Part shown: piece by piece, positions 48,509 through 58,751 of the stretch
Layout of the letters: each line of letters starts with the position of its first letter
Numbering within the stretch: the stretch's first letter is position 1
Assembly: GCA_041685825.1 (NCBI GenBank)
Contig: JAWLFB010000002.1
Coordinates: 1,817 to 65,816, forward strand
Direction: 5' to 3'
DNA length: 64,000 nucleotides
From: Guyparkeria sp.
GTDB taxonomy: Bacteria; Pseudomonadota; Gammaproteobacteria; Halothiobacillales; Halothiobacillaceae
Notes under the pieces: model-generated
Database searches by the model: none
The model's input: the letters and a program-made list of their open reading frames with translations, nothing else
Told to the model about the DNA's origin: nothing
Translations under genes and position numbers: made by a program

Positions 48509-49174
48509 ATGTTCCAGACCGAGCTCCTTCTGCGCGAATTCGTTACCCACGACGTCCAGCGTTATATCTTGGCCAAGCCCGAGGGCTTCTCGTTCACGCC
48601 CGGACAGGCCATCGAACTGGCCATCGACGAGCCCCAATGGCGCGAAGAGGCCCGGCCCTTCACGTTGACCAACCGGGTCGACGACCGCGTGCTGGAATTG
48701 ATGATCAAGAGCTACGGCGACCACGACGGTGGCATGACGCAGACGCTGGGCAAGGCGCAGCCGGGGCAGAAGCTGCTGCTCTCCGAGGCGTTCGACAGCT
48801 TCACCTACGATGGCCCGGGCTGGTTCATCGCCGGTGGCGCCGGCATCACACCGTTTCTCGCCATCATTCGGGATCTCGCCGACCGTGGCGAGCTCGAGGG
48901 ACAGAAGCTGATCTACTCGAACAAGACCGCCGCGGACATCATCCAGCAGCGCGAACTGGAGGCCGCATTCGGCGAGAACGCGCATTTCGTCTGTACTCGC
49001 GAGCATTCGCCGCTATGCACTCACAGCGGCCACGTCGACGACGCCTTCCTGCGCGAGCACGTCCGCGACCTATCCGAGGAGTTCTACGTGTGCGGCCCGC
49101 CGGCCTTCACCGAGCAGGTCAAGAAGACCCTTGGCGATCTGGGCGGCAACACCCAGAGCATGGAATTCGGTTAA
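48509..49174 (+). CDS. FNR-like FAD/NAD(P)-binding oxidoreductase (flavodoxin reductase-like)
   Basis: FTPGQ, RPFT, IAGGAGITPF, YVCGPP. Confidence 0.88.
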   Translation: MFQTELLLREFVTHDVQRYILAKPEGFSFTPGQAIELAIDEPQWREEARPFTLTNRVDDRVLELMIKSYGDHDGGMTQTLGKAQPGQKLLLSEAFDSFTYDGPGWFIAGGAGITPFLAIIRDLADRGELEGQKLIYSNKTAADIIQQRELEAAFGENAHFVCTREHSPLCTHSGHVDDAFLREHVRDLSEEFYVCGPPAFTEQVKKTLGDLGGNTQSMEFG

Positions 49175-49197
49175 GCCGAGCCGACAGCCCGACCGAG

Positions 49198-49235
49198 AAA
49201 AGCCGCCCCACGGATCACTCCCGGCGCGGCTTTTT
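49198..49235. terminator. intrinsic terminator
   Basis: AAAAGCCGC...GCGGCTTTTT. Confidence 0.65.
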
Positions 49236-49336
49236 CATGTTCGCCTCTGACGCAGGAACGGATACCTTAAAGGAAACCGAGAGCACCGGATCCTTTTGCG
49301 GCCAAAACCACTTCTAAAAAGCCGAGCCGATCGCCA

Positions 49337-49828
49337 TCAACAGGCGTCGATATCGAACCACTCGGTGACGCGCACCCGGCCCAGGTGGATGCGGTAGACG
49401 GTCTCGCGGCTGATCCGGCCACCTTGGAGACGGACCCGGAAACTCAGCCGGCGACAGAGGGGTTGCCGGTCGAGCACTTCCATCAGCGGGGCATCGGCCA
49501 GACCGATGATCGCACGATGCAGACGCGGGGTGAGCGGGCCGACCACCTCTGTCAGAGCGTCGATCCCGACATCGCCGCTTTCCAGCCGGACGCGACGCTC
49601 CCAGACGCGCGTGGACCTTGGGGTCGGCCAGCGGTCAGCAAGGTGCCCGCCCCACCCCTCGTCGAGTCGGCGCACCACCACCGGGTGGCCGGTGTGCCTA
49701 CGCAAGGCATGCGTGAATGATCTGGGCGTACTTGCCAGGCGACGCAGGGCCACCGGCAGACCGAAGAGTGTCTTTTCTCCTGCCGGCCGGGCCGTGGTGT
49801 GGAAGCAACCCAGGGCAAACCGGCTCAT
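49337..49828 (-). CDS. divergent chorismate lyase (UbiC)-like protein
   Basis: SFT.AL, V..LDEG, WERRVRL, L...PL..VL, VTEWF resemble UbiC; start overlaps the ggt stop. Confidence 0.5.
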   Translation of the reverse strand: MSRFALGCFHTTARPAGEKTLFGLPVALRRLASTPRSFTHALRRHTGHPVVVRRLDEGWGGHLADRWPTPRSTRVWERRVRLESGDVGIDALTEVVGPLTPRLHRAIIGLADAPLMEVLDRQPLCRRLSFRVRLQGGRISRETVYRIHLGRVRVTEWFDIDAC

Positions 49829-51522
49829 GGCGCCTTGGGGGCAAACACGGCCGCCTGCCCCTCCCCACGCGGGTCGCTGGCCGCCTCGAGTCGACCGTCT
49901 TTGCGCCACCAGGCGACCGCCTGCATGTTGCCAAAGCCCTCGTTAACCTCGATACGATGCCCCATCAACTCGAGTTCGGCACGCTGTTCATCATTCAACA
50001 GGTCGGGCTCGACCTCGATCCGATCGGGCAGGTACTGATGGTGGATGCGCGGGCCGGCCACCCATTCATCCACCGGTTCGCCGCGGGTCGCCGCGAGCAC
50101 GCCGCCAAGCACCATGGTGATGATGCGTGAGCCGCCGGGCGTACCCAGCACACCGACCAGATCCTCGCTGCGCACGAAGGTGGGCGACATCGAGGAAAGC
50201 GGTCGCTTGCCAGGGGCGATGGCATTGGCCTCCGCACCGACCAACCCGTAGACATTGGGCACGCCCGGTTTTTGCGAGAAGTCGTCCATCTCGTCGTTCA
50301 GGAGCACACCGGTGCCCGGCACGGTCACCCCGGCGCCGAACGGGTAGTTGATCGATAAAGTCGCCGCCACGTAGTTGCCTTGCGCATCCATCACGGAGAA
50401 ATGTGTGGTGTGAGGCCCCTCGGGCTCCGTGACCACCGGGGCGAGGCTCGCCGAGGGCGTGGCGTCGGTGGGCGAGATGCCCACCGCAAGCCCGGCGGCG
50501 TAGTCGTCGCTGGTGAGTCGTTCGATCGGGATGTCGACGTAATCCGGGTCGCCCAGGTACTCGGCGCGATCACGGTAGGCACGGCGCATCGCCTCAACCC
50601 GGTAGTGCAGACCCAACACGGATAGATCGCCCAGTTCCCCGGCGCGACGCTCGAGTCCGCCATAGGTGTTCAATATCTGCGCGATCGCCACGCCGCCGGA
50701 GGACGGCGGGGCCGCGGAGACCACCTCGAAGCCGCGAAAGCGACTCACCACCGGCTCGCGCTCTACCACACGATAGCCAGCCATGTCCGAGCGACACCAG
50801 ATGCCGCCAGCCTTGCGCACCCCGTCCACCAGCCGCCCGGCCAGTTCGCCCTGGTAGAAGCCGTCGCGGCCCTCGAGAGCGATGCGTTCGAGCGTACCGG
50901 CAAGGTCCGGCTGGCGGATCACGTAGCCCAGTGCCGGCAGTTCCCCCTCGTCGAGGAAGATCGTCCGACTGCCCGGATCGGCTGCCAGCACGTCCTCGCG
51001 GAAGCCGGCCAGGCGACGATACATCTCAGTGACCGCAAAGCCCTCGCGCGCTGCACGGATGGCGGGATCGAGGGTCGTGCTGAGAGGCAGTGCGCCGTAA
51101 TCGACGGACAAGTGATCGAGCGCGGCGGGAATGCCGGGGATACCGGCGGCCAGCGCGCCGTCGACGGACAGATCCAGCTGGGGGTTGCCCTCGTCGTCGA
51201 GATACATGTCGCGGCTGGCTTCTCCCGGCGCGCGCTCGCGGGCGTCGAGCATGACGTCGCGCCCACTTTCCGCCTCGTGAAGCAGGTAGAAGCCGCCGCC
51301 ACCCAGTCCGGAGCTGTAGGGCTCGACCACCGCGAGTGCCGCCGTGATCGCGACCGCTGCATCAAAGGCATTGCCGCCAGCCTCCAGCACCTCGCGCCCG
51401 GCGGCGGTGGCCTCGGGGTGTGCGGTGGCAATGGCGGCCTGGCCCGGGGCCGCGGTCGCGACCTGAACGAGCGCCCCCGGCAGAAAGGTAAGAACGAGGA
51501 CTAGCCAGCGCAGGGATCTCAC
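49825..51522 (-). CDS. ggt: gamma-glutamyltransferase
   Basis: Signal peptide; GGNAFDAA, SGLGGG, PPSSGG, TTHFS, NDEMDDFS, PGKRPLSSMSP, GTPGGSRI. Confidence 0.95.
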   Translation of the reverse strand: MRSLRWLVLVLTFLPGALVQVATAAPGQAAIATAHPEATAAGREVLEAGGNAFDAAVAITAALAVVEPYSSGLGGGGFYLLHEAESGRDVMLDARERAPGEASRDMYLDDEGNPQLDLSVDGALAAGIPGIPAALDHLSVDYGALPLSTTLDPAIRAAREGFAVTEMYRRLAGFREDVLAADPGSRTIFLDEGELPALGYVIRQPDLAGTLERIALEGRDGFYQGELAGRLVDGVRKAGGIWCRSDMAGYRVVEREPVVSRFRGFEVVSAAPPSSGGVAIAQILNTYGGLERRAGELGDLSVLGLHYRVEAMRRAYRDRAEYLGDPDYVDIPIERLTSDDYAAGLAVGISPTDATPSASLAPVVTEPEGPHTTHFSVMDAQGNYVAATLSINYPFGAGVTVPGTGVLLNDEMDDFSQKPGVPNVYGLVGAEANAIAPGKRPLSSMSPTFVRSEDLVGVLGTPGGSRIITMVLGGVLAATRGEPVDEWVAGPRIHHQYLPDRIEVEPDLLNDEQRAELELMGHRIEVNEGFGNMQAVAWWRKDGRLEAASDPRGEGQAAVFAPKAP

Positions 51523-51524
51523 GC

Positions 51525-51752
51525 TCAGCCCCCGCCGATCGCCTGGACGATCTCGACCCGATCGCCGTCGGCGACCTCGACGCTGGCATGCTCGGCACGC
51601 GGGCAGATCTCCCCGTTAACCTCGACCGCGTAGCGCTTGCCGCTCGTCCCTGCCAGCGCGACCAGCGCCTCGATTGTGGCGCCCCCGGGCACGTCGCGCG
51701 GCTCGCCGTTGAGATCGATCCGTACCATCGGTTTGGCCGTCGATTCCGCCAT
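51525..51752 (-). CDS. thiS: sulfur carrier protein ThiS
   Basis: LNGE, AVEVNGEI, GDRVEIVQAIGGG. Confidence 0.9.
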   Translation of the reverse strand: MAESTAKPMVRIDLNGEPRDVPGGATIEALVALAGTSGKRYAVEVNGEICPRAEHASVEVADGDRVEIVQAIGGG

Positions 51753-51861
51753 CGTTTGTCTCCTGTGCAATCGACCCGCCGGGCCGAGTGGAAAGTTTCT
51801 ACTGGTAGAATGGCGCACTGGCCGCTCTACGGCCAGTCCGCCCACTTATCAGACCGCCCTC

Positions 51862-52575
51862 ATGAGCGACATGCCCGCCCATCCAGCCCCGCCATGGAAG
51901 GACATCGACACCGTGCTGCTCGACATGGACGGTACGCTACTCGATCTCGACTTCGATGCCCGCTTCTGGAAGGAACACTTCCCGAGGCGCTACGTCGAGC
52001 TTAGCGGGCTTACCGAGCCCGAGGCGATGACGCGCCTCAACGCCCGATTCGAGGGCCTCCGCGGCCAGTTGGCCTGGTACTGCCTCGACGACTGGCATCG
52101 AGCCCTGGCGCCCGATTGCCGCCACGAACTCGATTTGATCGCCCTCAAGCGCGAGCTGGCCCACCACATCCGCTACCGCCACGGCGTGACAGATTTCCTC
52201 GAGCGCCTAGCCGGGGCCGGCAAGCAGCGCGTGCTAGTGACCAATGCCCACCCGGCCAGCGTTGCTCTCAAGTTCGAACGGGTCGACCTCTCGGCGCGGC
52301 TCGATCGCCTCTTCAACGCCCACGAGATCGGCGCGGCCAAGGAATCGCCCCGCTTCTGGGATCGCCTGGCCGAACAACTGCACTTCGACCCCGACCGCAC
52401 CCTGCTGGTCGACGACAACCTAGTCGCCCTGGCAGCCGCCGAGGACTTCGGCATCCGTCATCTGCGGGCGATCACCCTGCCCAACAGCCGCGGCGAGCCG
52501 ATGGACACCGCGCCGTTCCTCGCGCTGGACGATTTTGTCGCCGCGACCGAAGACCTCAGCGTAAACAACACCTAA
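51862..52575 (+). CDS. yrfG: GMP/IMP nucleotidase (HAD, YrfG)
   Basis: W..IDTVLLDMDGTLLDL.FD..FW, WYCLD.W, VTNAHP, KE..FW, DD. Confidence 0.9.
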   Translation: MSDMPAHPAPPWKDIDTVLLDMDGTLLDLDFDARFWKEHFPRRYVELSGLTEPEAMTRLNARFEGLRGQLAWYCLDDWHRALAPDCRHELDLIALKRELAHHIRYRHGVTDFLERLAGAGKQRVLVTNAHPASVALKFERVDLSARLDRLFNAHEIGAAKESPRFWDRLAEQLHFDPDRTLLVDDNLVALAAAEDFGIRHLRAITLPNSRGEPMDTAPFLALDDFVAATEDLSVNNT

Positions 52576-52599
52576 ATGGGGGCGGCTGCTGTCGCGCGC

Positions 52600-52760
52600 T
52601 TCGCGGGCATCAACCGATCCCGCAACGGCGTGGGCGTCACCGCGGGAGCTTGCCTTGCAAGCGACACGAGCCAGCGGCGCGTGCCCCGCGACCGGGCGGC
52701 ACCCACGAGGCGACCGGGACAGCCGCTGACGCGGCTTTCGCGGGCAAGGGCCACTCCCAG
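52600..52760. repeat. cluster of four degenerate REP-like units
   Basis: 52600-52624(-) TGCGGGATCGGTTGATGCCCGCGAA; 52642-52665(+) GCGGGAGCTTGCCTTGCAAGCGAC; 52685-52706(-) GTGGGTGCCGCCCGGTCGCGGG; 52737-52760(-) CTGGGAGTGGCCCTTGCCCGCGAA. Confidence 0.5.
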
Positions 52761-52768
52761 AGGATGGC

Positions 52769-53050
52769 TTACTCGCCCTCGCTCGGTGGGACGTAACCTT
52801 CCGGCTTGTCCTCGTTGCCCTCGAACAGGAATTTCTCCATCTCGCGCAGCAGGAATTCGCGCGCCTTGGGGTCGATCGGCGTCAGGCGATACTCGTTGAT
52901 CAGCATGGTCTGGTGCGCCAGCCATTGCTGCCATGCGGCCTTAGAGATGTTGTTGTAGATACGCTCGCCCATCTCGCCCGGATAGGGCGGCTTGGGCAGG
53001 GCCTCGGCCTCGCACTGCAGGCGCTGGCAGAAAACGGTGCGGTCAGTCAT
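52769..53050 (-). CDS. yggX: Fe(II)-trafficking / oxidative damage protection protein
   Basis: [28 protein letters not shown]; follows mutY. Confidence 0.95.
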   Translation of the reverse strand: MTDRTVFCQRLQCEAEALPKPPYPGEMGERIYNNISKAAWQQWLAHQTMLINEYRLTPIDPKAREFLLREMEKFLFEGNEDKPEGYVPPSEGE

Positions 53051-53229
53051 GAAAACCTCGTTTACGACTCGATGCGGAACATGCCGGAGAAATGTGACCG
53101 GGATGATAACAGTGCTGGCAGGGGCCGCCCGACCGTGAGCAAGCAACAACCACCCTGCCAGGCAATCCTCACCGATCGGCGCCCAGCAAGGAAATGCCCT
53201 CACGTCGCGGCAGCAAGCGGGGCTCACGA

Positions 53230-54279
53230 TTACCTCAGGGCCGCCCCTTCGCGTTCGCGGATCAGCCGCTGGATCGGGGCGGGCAGCCCCACCGGCGGCT
53301 CGTGGACCAGTTGCTCGACCGCATGCCATTCGCCGTGGCGATCAGCGACGCCCGTCGGCGCAACCTGAATGCCCCACACCTCGGCGGCCAGCTCGAAGTG
53401 GCTGAAGACATGCCGCAGCTGGCCCAGCGTCTGCCAGTCGGTGGCCGGCTCGAAGCCTAGCTCGGCCAGCCGGCGATCGACCGCATCGGGCGTCTCGCTC
53501 ACCGGCAGACAGGCAAGACCGCCCCAGATGCCATTCGGGGGGCGTTTTTCCAAAAAAAGATGCCCGCCACCATCTTCCAGCCACAGCAACACCCGCTCGC
53601 GCACCAGCTTGGGCTTGCGCCGCCGGCGAGCGGGCAACTCCTGCTCGCGCCCCTGCCGGCGTGCCCGACAGTCATCGCTCACCGGGCAGACATCACAGCG
53701 AGGCGAGCCCCGCCGGCAGACGGTCGCGCCCAGGTCCATGATCGCCTGGGTGTAGTCGGCCGGTCGGCCGGTCGGGGTGTATCCCTCGGCAAGCGACCAG
53801 AGTTTGCGCTGGGTGGCGGCGGTTTCGAGCGGGGAATCGACCGCCGCATGCCGGGCGAGCACGCGCTTGACGTTGCCATCCAGAATTACCGCCCGCCGGT
53901 CGAAGGCCTGGGCGACGATCGCAGCCGCGGTCGACGGTCCCACACCCGATAGCTCCGCCCAACCCTCGGTCGTCTCAGGCACACCAGACTCGATCATCTG
54001 CCTGGCGGCGGCATGCAGGTTGCGGGCACGGGCGTAATAACCCAGCCCCGACCACAGGGCGAGCACCGCGTCGATCTCGGCGGCGGCGAGCGACTCGATA
54101 TCCGGGAAACGCGCCATGAAGCGCTCGAAATACGGGATAACCGTGGCGACCTGGGTCTGCTGGAGCATGATCTCCGAGACCCATACCCGGTAGGGCGTAC
54201 GCGGGTGCTGCCATGGCAGGTCATGCCGGCCATGGCCATCGAACCAGGCCAGCAGCCGCTCGGCGAGCGGCGCCGTCAC
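53230..54279 (-). CDS. mutY: A/G-specific adenine glycosylase
   Basis: [44 protein letters not shown]6-C-X2-C-X5-C. Confidence 0.96.
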   Translation of the reverse strand: MTAPLAERLLAWFDGHGRHDLPWQHPRTPYRVWVSEIMLQQTQVATVIPYFERFMARFPDIESLAAAEIDAVLALWSGLGYYARARNLHAAARQMIESGVPETTEGWAELSGVGPSTAAAIVAQAFDRRAVILDGNVKRVLARHAAVDSPLETAATQRKLWSLAEGYTPTGRPADYTQAIMDLGATVCRRGSPRCDVCPVSDDCRARRQGREQELPARRRRKPKLVRERVLLWLEDGGGHLFLEKRPPNGIWGGLACLPVSETPDAVDRRLAELGFEPATDWQTLGQLRHVFSHFELAAEVWGIQVAPTGVADRHGEWHAVEQLVHEPPVGLPAPIQRLIREREGAALR

Positions 54280-54331
54280 AGCCAGCGACGTGAACGGCCG
54301 GCAGATCGGGTGACACCGTCACCCCACCGAC

Positions 54332-56731
54332 TCACAGGCCGAACCCCTTGATCAGGTCCTTCACCGCGTCGCCACCCTTGTCCTTCAGGCGCTTGTCGAT
54401 CTCTTCCTCTACACGTTTTTTCGCCTCACCCTTAGCCGCCTCGCGGACCAGCGATTCGAGGTCGAGCGAGATCGACGGGTCGCTGAACGCGCCGTTAATG
54501 CGAATCGGCACCGGCACCTGCTTGAGGCGCTCAAGGTCCTTGCCGCCTTGGCCGGTGGCCGTGTTCACCACGGTGACGGTCAGGCCGTAATCCACCTGCT
54601 CGCGCGGCAGGTCGACCTCGCCCTCGCCGGCGACCCGCAACAGCGGGGAGGAGCCAGCGAGGTCATCGTTGCGCAGCACGCCATTGCGGATGGCCGCCGT
54701 GCCTGTGATGGCGGTGAAATCAGTGGAGAGCTGTTCGGGTTCCGGCTCGGTCTTGCCCTCTAGGCGCGCCTGCGCCCGGCGCAACAGGTAGCCGATATCG
54801 AAGCCCTTGACCTTGCCGTCGCGCAGGGAGAAACCTGCAGTGCCATCCAGTCCCGACTTGAGCTGGTCGACCCGCTTGCCCTGGGTGGTGACATCAAAGG
54901 ACACATCCCCCTTGCCAAGCAGCCGGTCCTCTTCCATCACCGCGGTGAGCAGAGGTTGCAGTGAGACACCCTGCACGCGGCTCTTACCGGCGTAGCTCGG
55001 CACCTCGCCGCGGACGTCCAGCGCCCCGTTGGCGTCGATCGAGCCGCCGAAGACACTGGCGGTCAACTCAGCCAGTTGCAACTGGCCACCGGCCGCTGTC
55101 ACGTGCACGACCGGGCTGCTCAGGCGGTAGTCCTCGTAGCCAAGGCTGTCCAGTTGCAGACGGGTATCGAGGTTGAGCCCGCGCAGCGTCTCGACCGGCA
55201 ATTCAATCTCGGCATTCTTGGCAACGGTCTGACTCTGCGCACTACCGCCACTGCCCGCCGACAACTCATTGGCATCCTTGTCGCCACCCGCCGTCGGTGC
55301 GAGGTACGGGTTGACGTCGAAATCACCGCCCTGCAGCCGGGCGAACAGGCGCCCGGTCTCGATGTTGTCGATGCCGGCACGACCAGTCAGCTCCTGACCG
55401 TCGAGCGTGACGCGCAGATCGGTCAACATCGCCCGCGACGGGGTGACATCGACCTGGCTCGTCAATTCGAATTGGTGCAGCGCTTCGTCCGAACGCATCT
55501 CGGGCACAGTCATGCCCAGCCGATCGGCCAGCTCGCGCGGATCGAAGGCGGCAATCTTCATCGGCCCGGAGGCGGCCAGCTCGCCGCTGTCGAGGCCGCT
55601 GACATCTAGCCTGCCGGTCGCCTCGATGGGCTCGGAGGACAAGGTCAGATCGTTGATGGTGGCGGTGCCAGCCTGAAGATCGGCGGACAGAGCGGCGCTC
55701 GACGCGACCTGCACGGTCTCGCCCACGTTCGGCAACCCCTTGAGGTCGGCATCGAGACTCAGGCGCGGCAGTTCATAACGGCCGATGGCCCAGTCGGCCT
55801 CCAGCACGATATCGAGCCGGCTCTCGAGGTAGGTCAACGGGCCGACGCCCTTGCCGTCCAGATCGAGCACCGCGCCATCAAGCCGTGCCTGCGACTTGGC
55901 CAGGCGCAAATCGGCCTTCTCTACCTGCAGCATCGCCTCGATGCGCTCGGGCAGACCGGCCTCGGCACCCTCGTCGTGGCTGGCTACGACGTTGAGCGCG
56001 AGGTCATCGAACAGCATGTCCTGACGATCGAGCCACACCTGGGCCTGCGTGTTCAGGTCGACGCTGCCGTTCAGGACCGGCATGTCCGGCATCGCCAATC
56101 GAAAGCCCGAGACCAGTTCGATGTCGGTCGGCGCTCCATCAGCCAATGCACCGGTGGTGAGATGGAGCCCGTCGATGGTCAACTGCTGATCGGCCTGCTC
56201 GTCTCGCCAATGCAGTGCGGCATTGCGGATATCCACGCCACCAACGGTGAGTCTCAGCGCCGGCCCGTCACCATCCTGCGGCTCGACCGTATCCGACTCG
56301 CTTGCTGAGGCCTTGGTAGACTCGGCGGAGCGCTCGAGCAGGTCGTCCCAGTTGCTGCGGCCATCCTCGAGGCGGGTCAGGTGGATCTTGGCGTCCTCAA
56401 GCCGCAGGGTGCCGATCTCGAACTCGCCGCGTAGCAGTGGCAAGAGCGCAGCCTGCGCTTCGAGTCGCTTGACCTCGATCATCGACTCGGGCTCGAAGCC
56501 CTCGGCATTGGACAGCACCACGTCCTCCGTGGCCGCCCCCAGCCAGGGGAAGAGCGTGACCGACAGGTCACCATTGAACTGGATGCTGCGCCCGGTCTGT
56601 TTCTCCACCTGTGCAGCAATCTGCGGCTTGTAGTCGTTGGGATCGAAGGTCAGGGCGAAGGCAACGATCGCCAGGATTGCGACCATCACGATCGCGACGA
56701 AAAGCAGGCCAATGCGCTTGATCCATTTCAT
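54332..56731 (-). CDS. asmA: AsmA family protein
   Basis: N-terminal TM, DPNDYK..I...VEKQTGR, FPWLG, NWDDL; C-terminal NDDL..SPLLRV.GEG. Confidence 0.88.
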   Translation of the reverse strand: MKWIKRIGLLFVAIVMVAILAIVAFALTFDPNDYKPQIAAQVEKQTGRSIQFNGDLSVTLFPWLGAATEDVVLSNAEGFEPESMIEVKRLEAQAALLPLLRGEFEIGTLRLEDAKIHLTRLEDGRSNWDDLLERSAESTKASASESDTVEPQDGDGPALRLTVGGVDIRNAALHWRDEQADQQLTIDGLHLTTGALADGAPTDIELVSGFRLAMPDMPVLNGSVDLNTQAQVWLDRQDMLFDDLALNVVASHDEGAEAGLPERIEAMLQVEKADLRLAKSQARLDGAVLDLDGKGVGPLTYLESRLDIVLEADWAIGRYELPRLSLDADLKGLPNVGETVQVASSAALSADLQAGTATINDLTLSSEPIEATGRLDVSGLDSGELAASGPMKIAAFDPRELADRLGMTVPEMRSDEALHQFELTSQVDVTPSRAMLTDLRVTLDGQELTGRAGIDNIETGRLFARLQGGDFDVNPYLAPTAGGDKDANELSAGSGGSAQSQTVAKNAEIELPVETLRGLNLDTRLQLDSLGYEDYRLSSPVVHVTAAGGQLQLAELTASVFGGSIDANGALDVRGEVPSYAGKSRVQGVSLQPLLTAVMEEDRLLGKGDVSFDVTTQGKRVDQLKSGLDGTAGFSLRDGKVKGFDIGYLLRRAQARLEGKTEPEPEQLSTDFTAITGTAAIRNGVLRNDDLAGSSPLLRVAGEGEVDLPREQVDYGLTVTVVNTATGQGGKDLERLKQVPVPIRINGAFSDPSISLDLESLVREAAKGEAKKRVEEEIDKRLKDKGGDAVKDLIKGFGL

Positions 56732-56934
56732 GCAGGGTCGTCCTCGAATGTCTATGGCCGGGCAAGCGGGGCCCGGTTGGTCCGATCGGCCCGATTCATT
56801 CTCGTGTCTCAGGGAACAATCCGGACTAGGATTGGTTCAGACTTTAGCAGACAATACGCGTTGCCAGACCGGGCGCTCGCAGGTGTCGAGACGTCCGCCA
56901 GCACGTACACACACCGCCAGCGGAACGACCGACC

Positions 56935-57162
56935 ATGAGCATCACCGTCCGCCTGTTTGCCAGCCTGCGCGAGCGCATCGGCTTCGACGAGGCCCGGCTC
57001 GACGAGACCCCGGCCACGGTAGCCGAGGCTTGGCAGCGGGTCACCGATATCGAGCGCCCCAGCAACACCCTGGCGGCCGTCAATCACGAATATGTCGATC
57101 TGGATCACCCGCTCTCGGATGATGACGAGGTCGCCTTCTTCCCACCGGTGACCGGAGGCTGA
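56935..57162 (+). CDS. moaD: molybdopterin synthase sulfur carrier subunit
   Basis: VRLFASLRE, AVNHE, DEVAFFPPVTGG. Confidence 0.9.
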   Translation: MSITVRLFASLRERIGFDEARLDETPATVAEAWQRVTDIERPSNTLAAVNHEYVDLDHPLSDDDEVAFFPPVTGG

Positions 57163-57165
57163 GCC

Positions 57166-57522
57166 ATGGCCAACAAACCATCCGCCAACGAGATGCAACG
57201 CGAGATGCGCCAAATCATCTCGCGTCGGCGCCGCCTGATCCGCATCTGGCCGGCGATCGCCGTGTTGCTGGGTACGGTGACCGTCGGATTCTACGTCTGG
57301 GCCTTCTTCCAGCGCCCCATTCTGGTCAACCCACTGCACGTCCTGGAACTGATGCAGACCGGCAACCTGGACTCGGCCACCCAGGCCCTGCTGGCCGTGA
57401 CAGCGCCGATGCTTTTCCTGGCCGTGGGATTGCTGGTGCTCCTGCTGCTGGCCTTCGTCACGGCCGGGCTGGTCAGCGAGGGCCGGCTGATGCGCGTGCT
57501 AGAGAAGAACCTGTCGCGCTGA
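57166..57522 (+). CDS. hypothetical two-TM membrane protein
   Basis: Two hydrophobic helices; 3 bp after moaD, SD GGAGG. Confidence 0.7.
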   Translation: MANKPSANEMQREMRQIISRRRRLIRIWPAIAVLLGTVTVGFYVWAFFQRPILVNPLHVLELMQTGNLDSATQALLAVTAPMLFLAVGLLVLLLLAFVTAGLVSEGRLMRVLEKNLSR

Positions 57523-57680
57523 GCCCCCCTCACCGGAAAAAAACTACCCTCCGCGTCACAGAACCGTCAAGATCGTCGCGTAAACAATCACTTGACTGGA
57601 TCGCCCATTCGCCCGACATTGCTAAGGCAATCTAAGGCGACCGACGGCGGTCGGTTACGTGTTTCAAAGGAGGGAAGGCC

Positions 57681-57986
57681 ATGTCGATCACGAAGAAACC
57701 GCTCAAGGTGCGCCCGGAGTGTCGCGTTACGTTCAACTACCGTCCGAACGACGGCGAGAAACACCGTGTCGAGGTGCGCGGCGATTTCAACGGCTGGGGC
57801 GATGAAGCGGTGCCGCTCAAACGACAACGCGACGGCAGCTATCGGGCCACGGTCAGCCTGCCGCAGGGCGGCGAGTATGCCTTCCGCTACCTGATCGACG
57901 AGCAGCACTGGGACAACGACGAGGCGGCCGACGACTACGTGCCCAACCCGTACGGTACCGGCGACAACGGCGTGCTGCGCACCTGA
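57681..57986 (+). CDS. stand-alone isoamylase early-set / CBM48-like protein
   Basis: VTF, V.V.GDFNGW, L..G.EY.FRYLID...W.ND..AD.Y.PNPYG..N; SD AAGGAGG. Confidence 0.85.
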   Translation: MSITKKPLKVRPECRVTFNYRPNDGEKHRVEVRGDFNGWGDEAVPLKRQRDGSYRATVSLPQGGEYAFRYLIDEQHWDNDEAADDYVPNPYGTGDNGVLRT

Positions 57987-58043
57987 GAAAAGGCCGGCAC
58001 GAGTCCGATTCGCGCAGACCCTTTCCAAGAGGCCGCTGAAGGC

Positions 58044-58751
58044 TCAGCCCCGGGTCAGACGCAATCGTTGCAGGCGCATGACCTCGCGGTCGATCAGCTG
58101 GCTGTCGCGCGGCGGCAGCGCGGCGAACTCCAGGCCGTAAATCACGCTCTTCCCCACACCCGGGCGGCGGTTGCGCACGGTGAACTCAAGCCGCACGTCG
58201 ATGCCCTCGCCGACCTTCAGGCGCGCGGCGCTGATCTCATCACCGGGCGTGAGTCCCGGGTCCTGATCTCCGACCACGCTAACGGCACAGCCGGTAGCCG
58301 ACAGATTGACCACGTCGCCGGACGTGACGCCTTGAGGCGGCGACGGGCAGAACGCCAGTGTGCCTGGCACATCCGGGGGGAGGTCGATGCGAAATGCCGC
58401 CCGGCGCTGGAGACGCTGCATCACCTTGGGGTAGCCAACAGCGAGATAGCAGTCGCCACCCTCCTCCCTGGTCGCGAGATCGGCGGAATAGAACCAGCTC
58501 AGCAGACCGTCGACAACCGCCTGTACGCGTACCTGACGGGCGTGAAGGACGTGTCGCAATACCACCGGCTCCGGGCAATCGAGCAACAGGCGGCGATCGT
58601 CGGACTCGTTGCCCACCACCTGGACCTGGCCTTGGAAGTCCGGGTCTTCGTCGGGAATAAGCCAGACGTGACCGCGGGCCTCGTACAGCCGCTCGAGCGA
58701 ACGCTCGATGGCACGAGGGGCGCGAACGGTTTTGATGTCCTGATCATCCAA
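58044..58751 (-). CDS. PilZ-domain c-di-GMP receptor (YcgR flagellar-brake-like)
   Basis: QRRAAFR (RxxxR) and NLSATG (D/NxSxxG); start TTG 58751 after GGAG, uncertain. Confidence 0.82.
   Translation of the reverse strand: MDDQDIKTVRAPRAIERSLERLYEARGHVWLIPDEDPDFQGQVQVVGNESDDRRLLLDCPEPVVLRHVLHARQVRVQAVVDGLLSWFYSADLATREEGGDCYLAVGYPKVMQRLQRRAAFRIDLPPDVPGTLAFCPSPPQGVTSGDVVNLSATGCAVSVVGDQDPGLTPGDEISAARLKVGEGIDVRLEFTVRNRRPGVGKSVIYGLEFAALPPRDSQLIDREVMRLQRLRLTRG

Noticed and set aside
52600-52760. CRISPR mini-array
   Set aside because: Units are divergent, in mixed orientation and irregularly spaced; no cas genes
56780-56934. Moco riboswitch upstream of moaD
   Set aside because: Only one short hairpin; no recognisable Moco RNA motif
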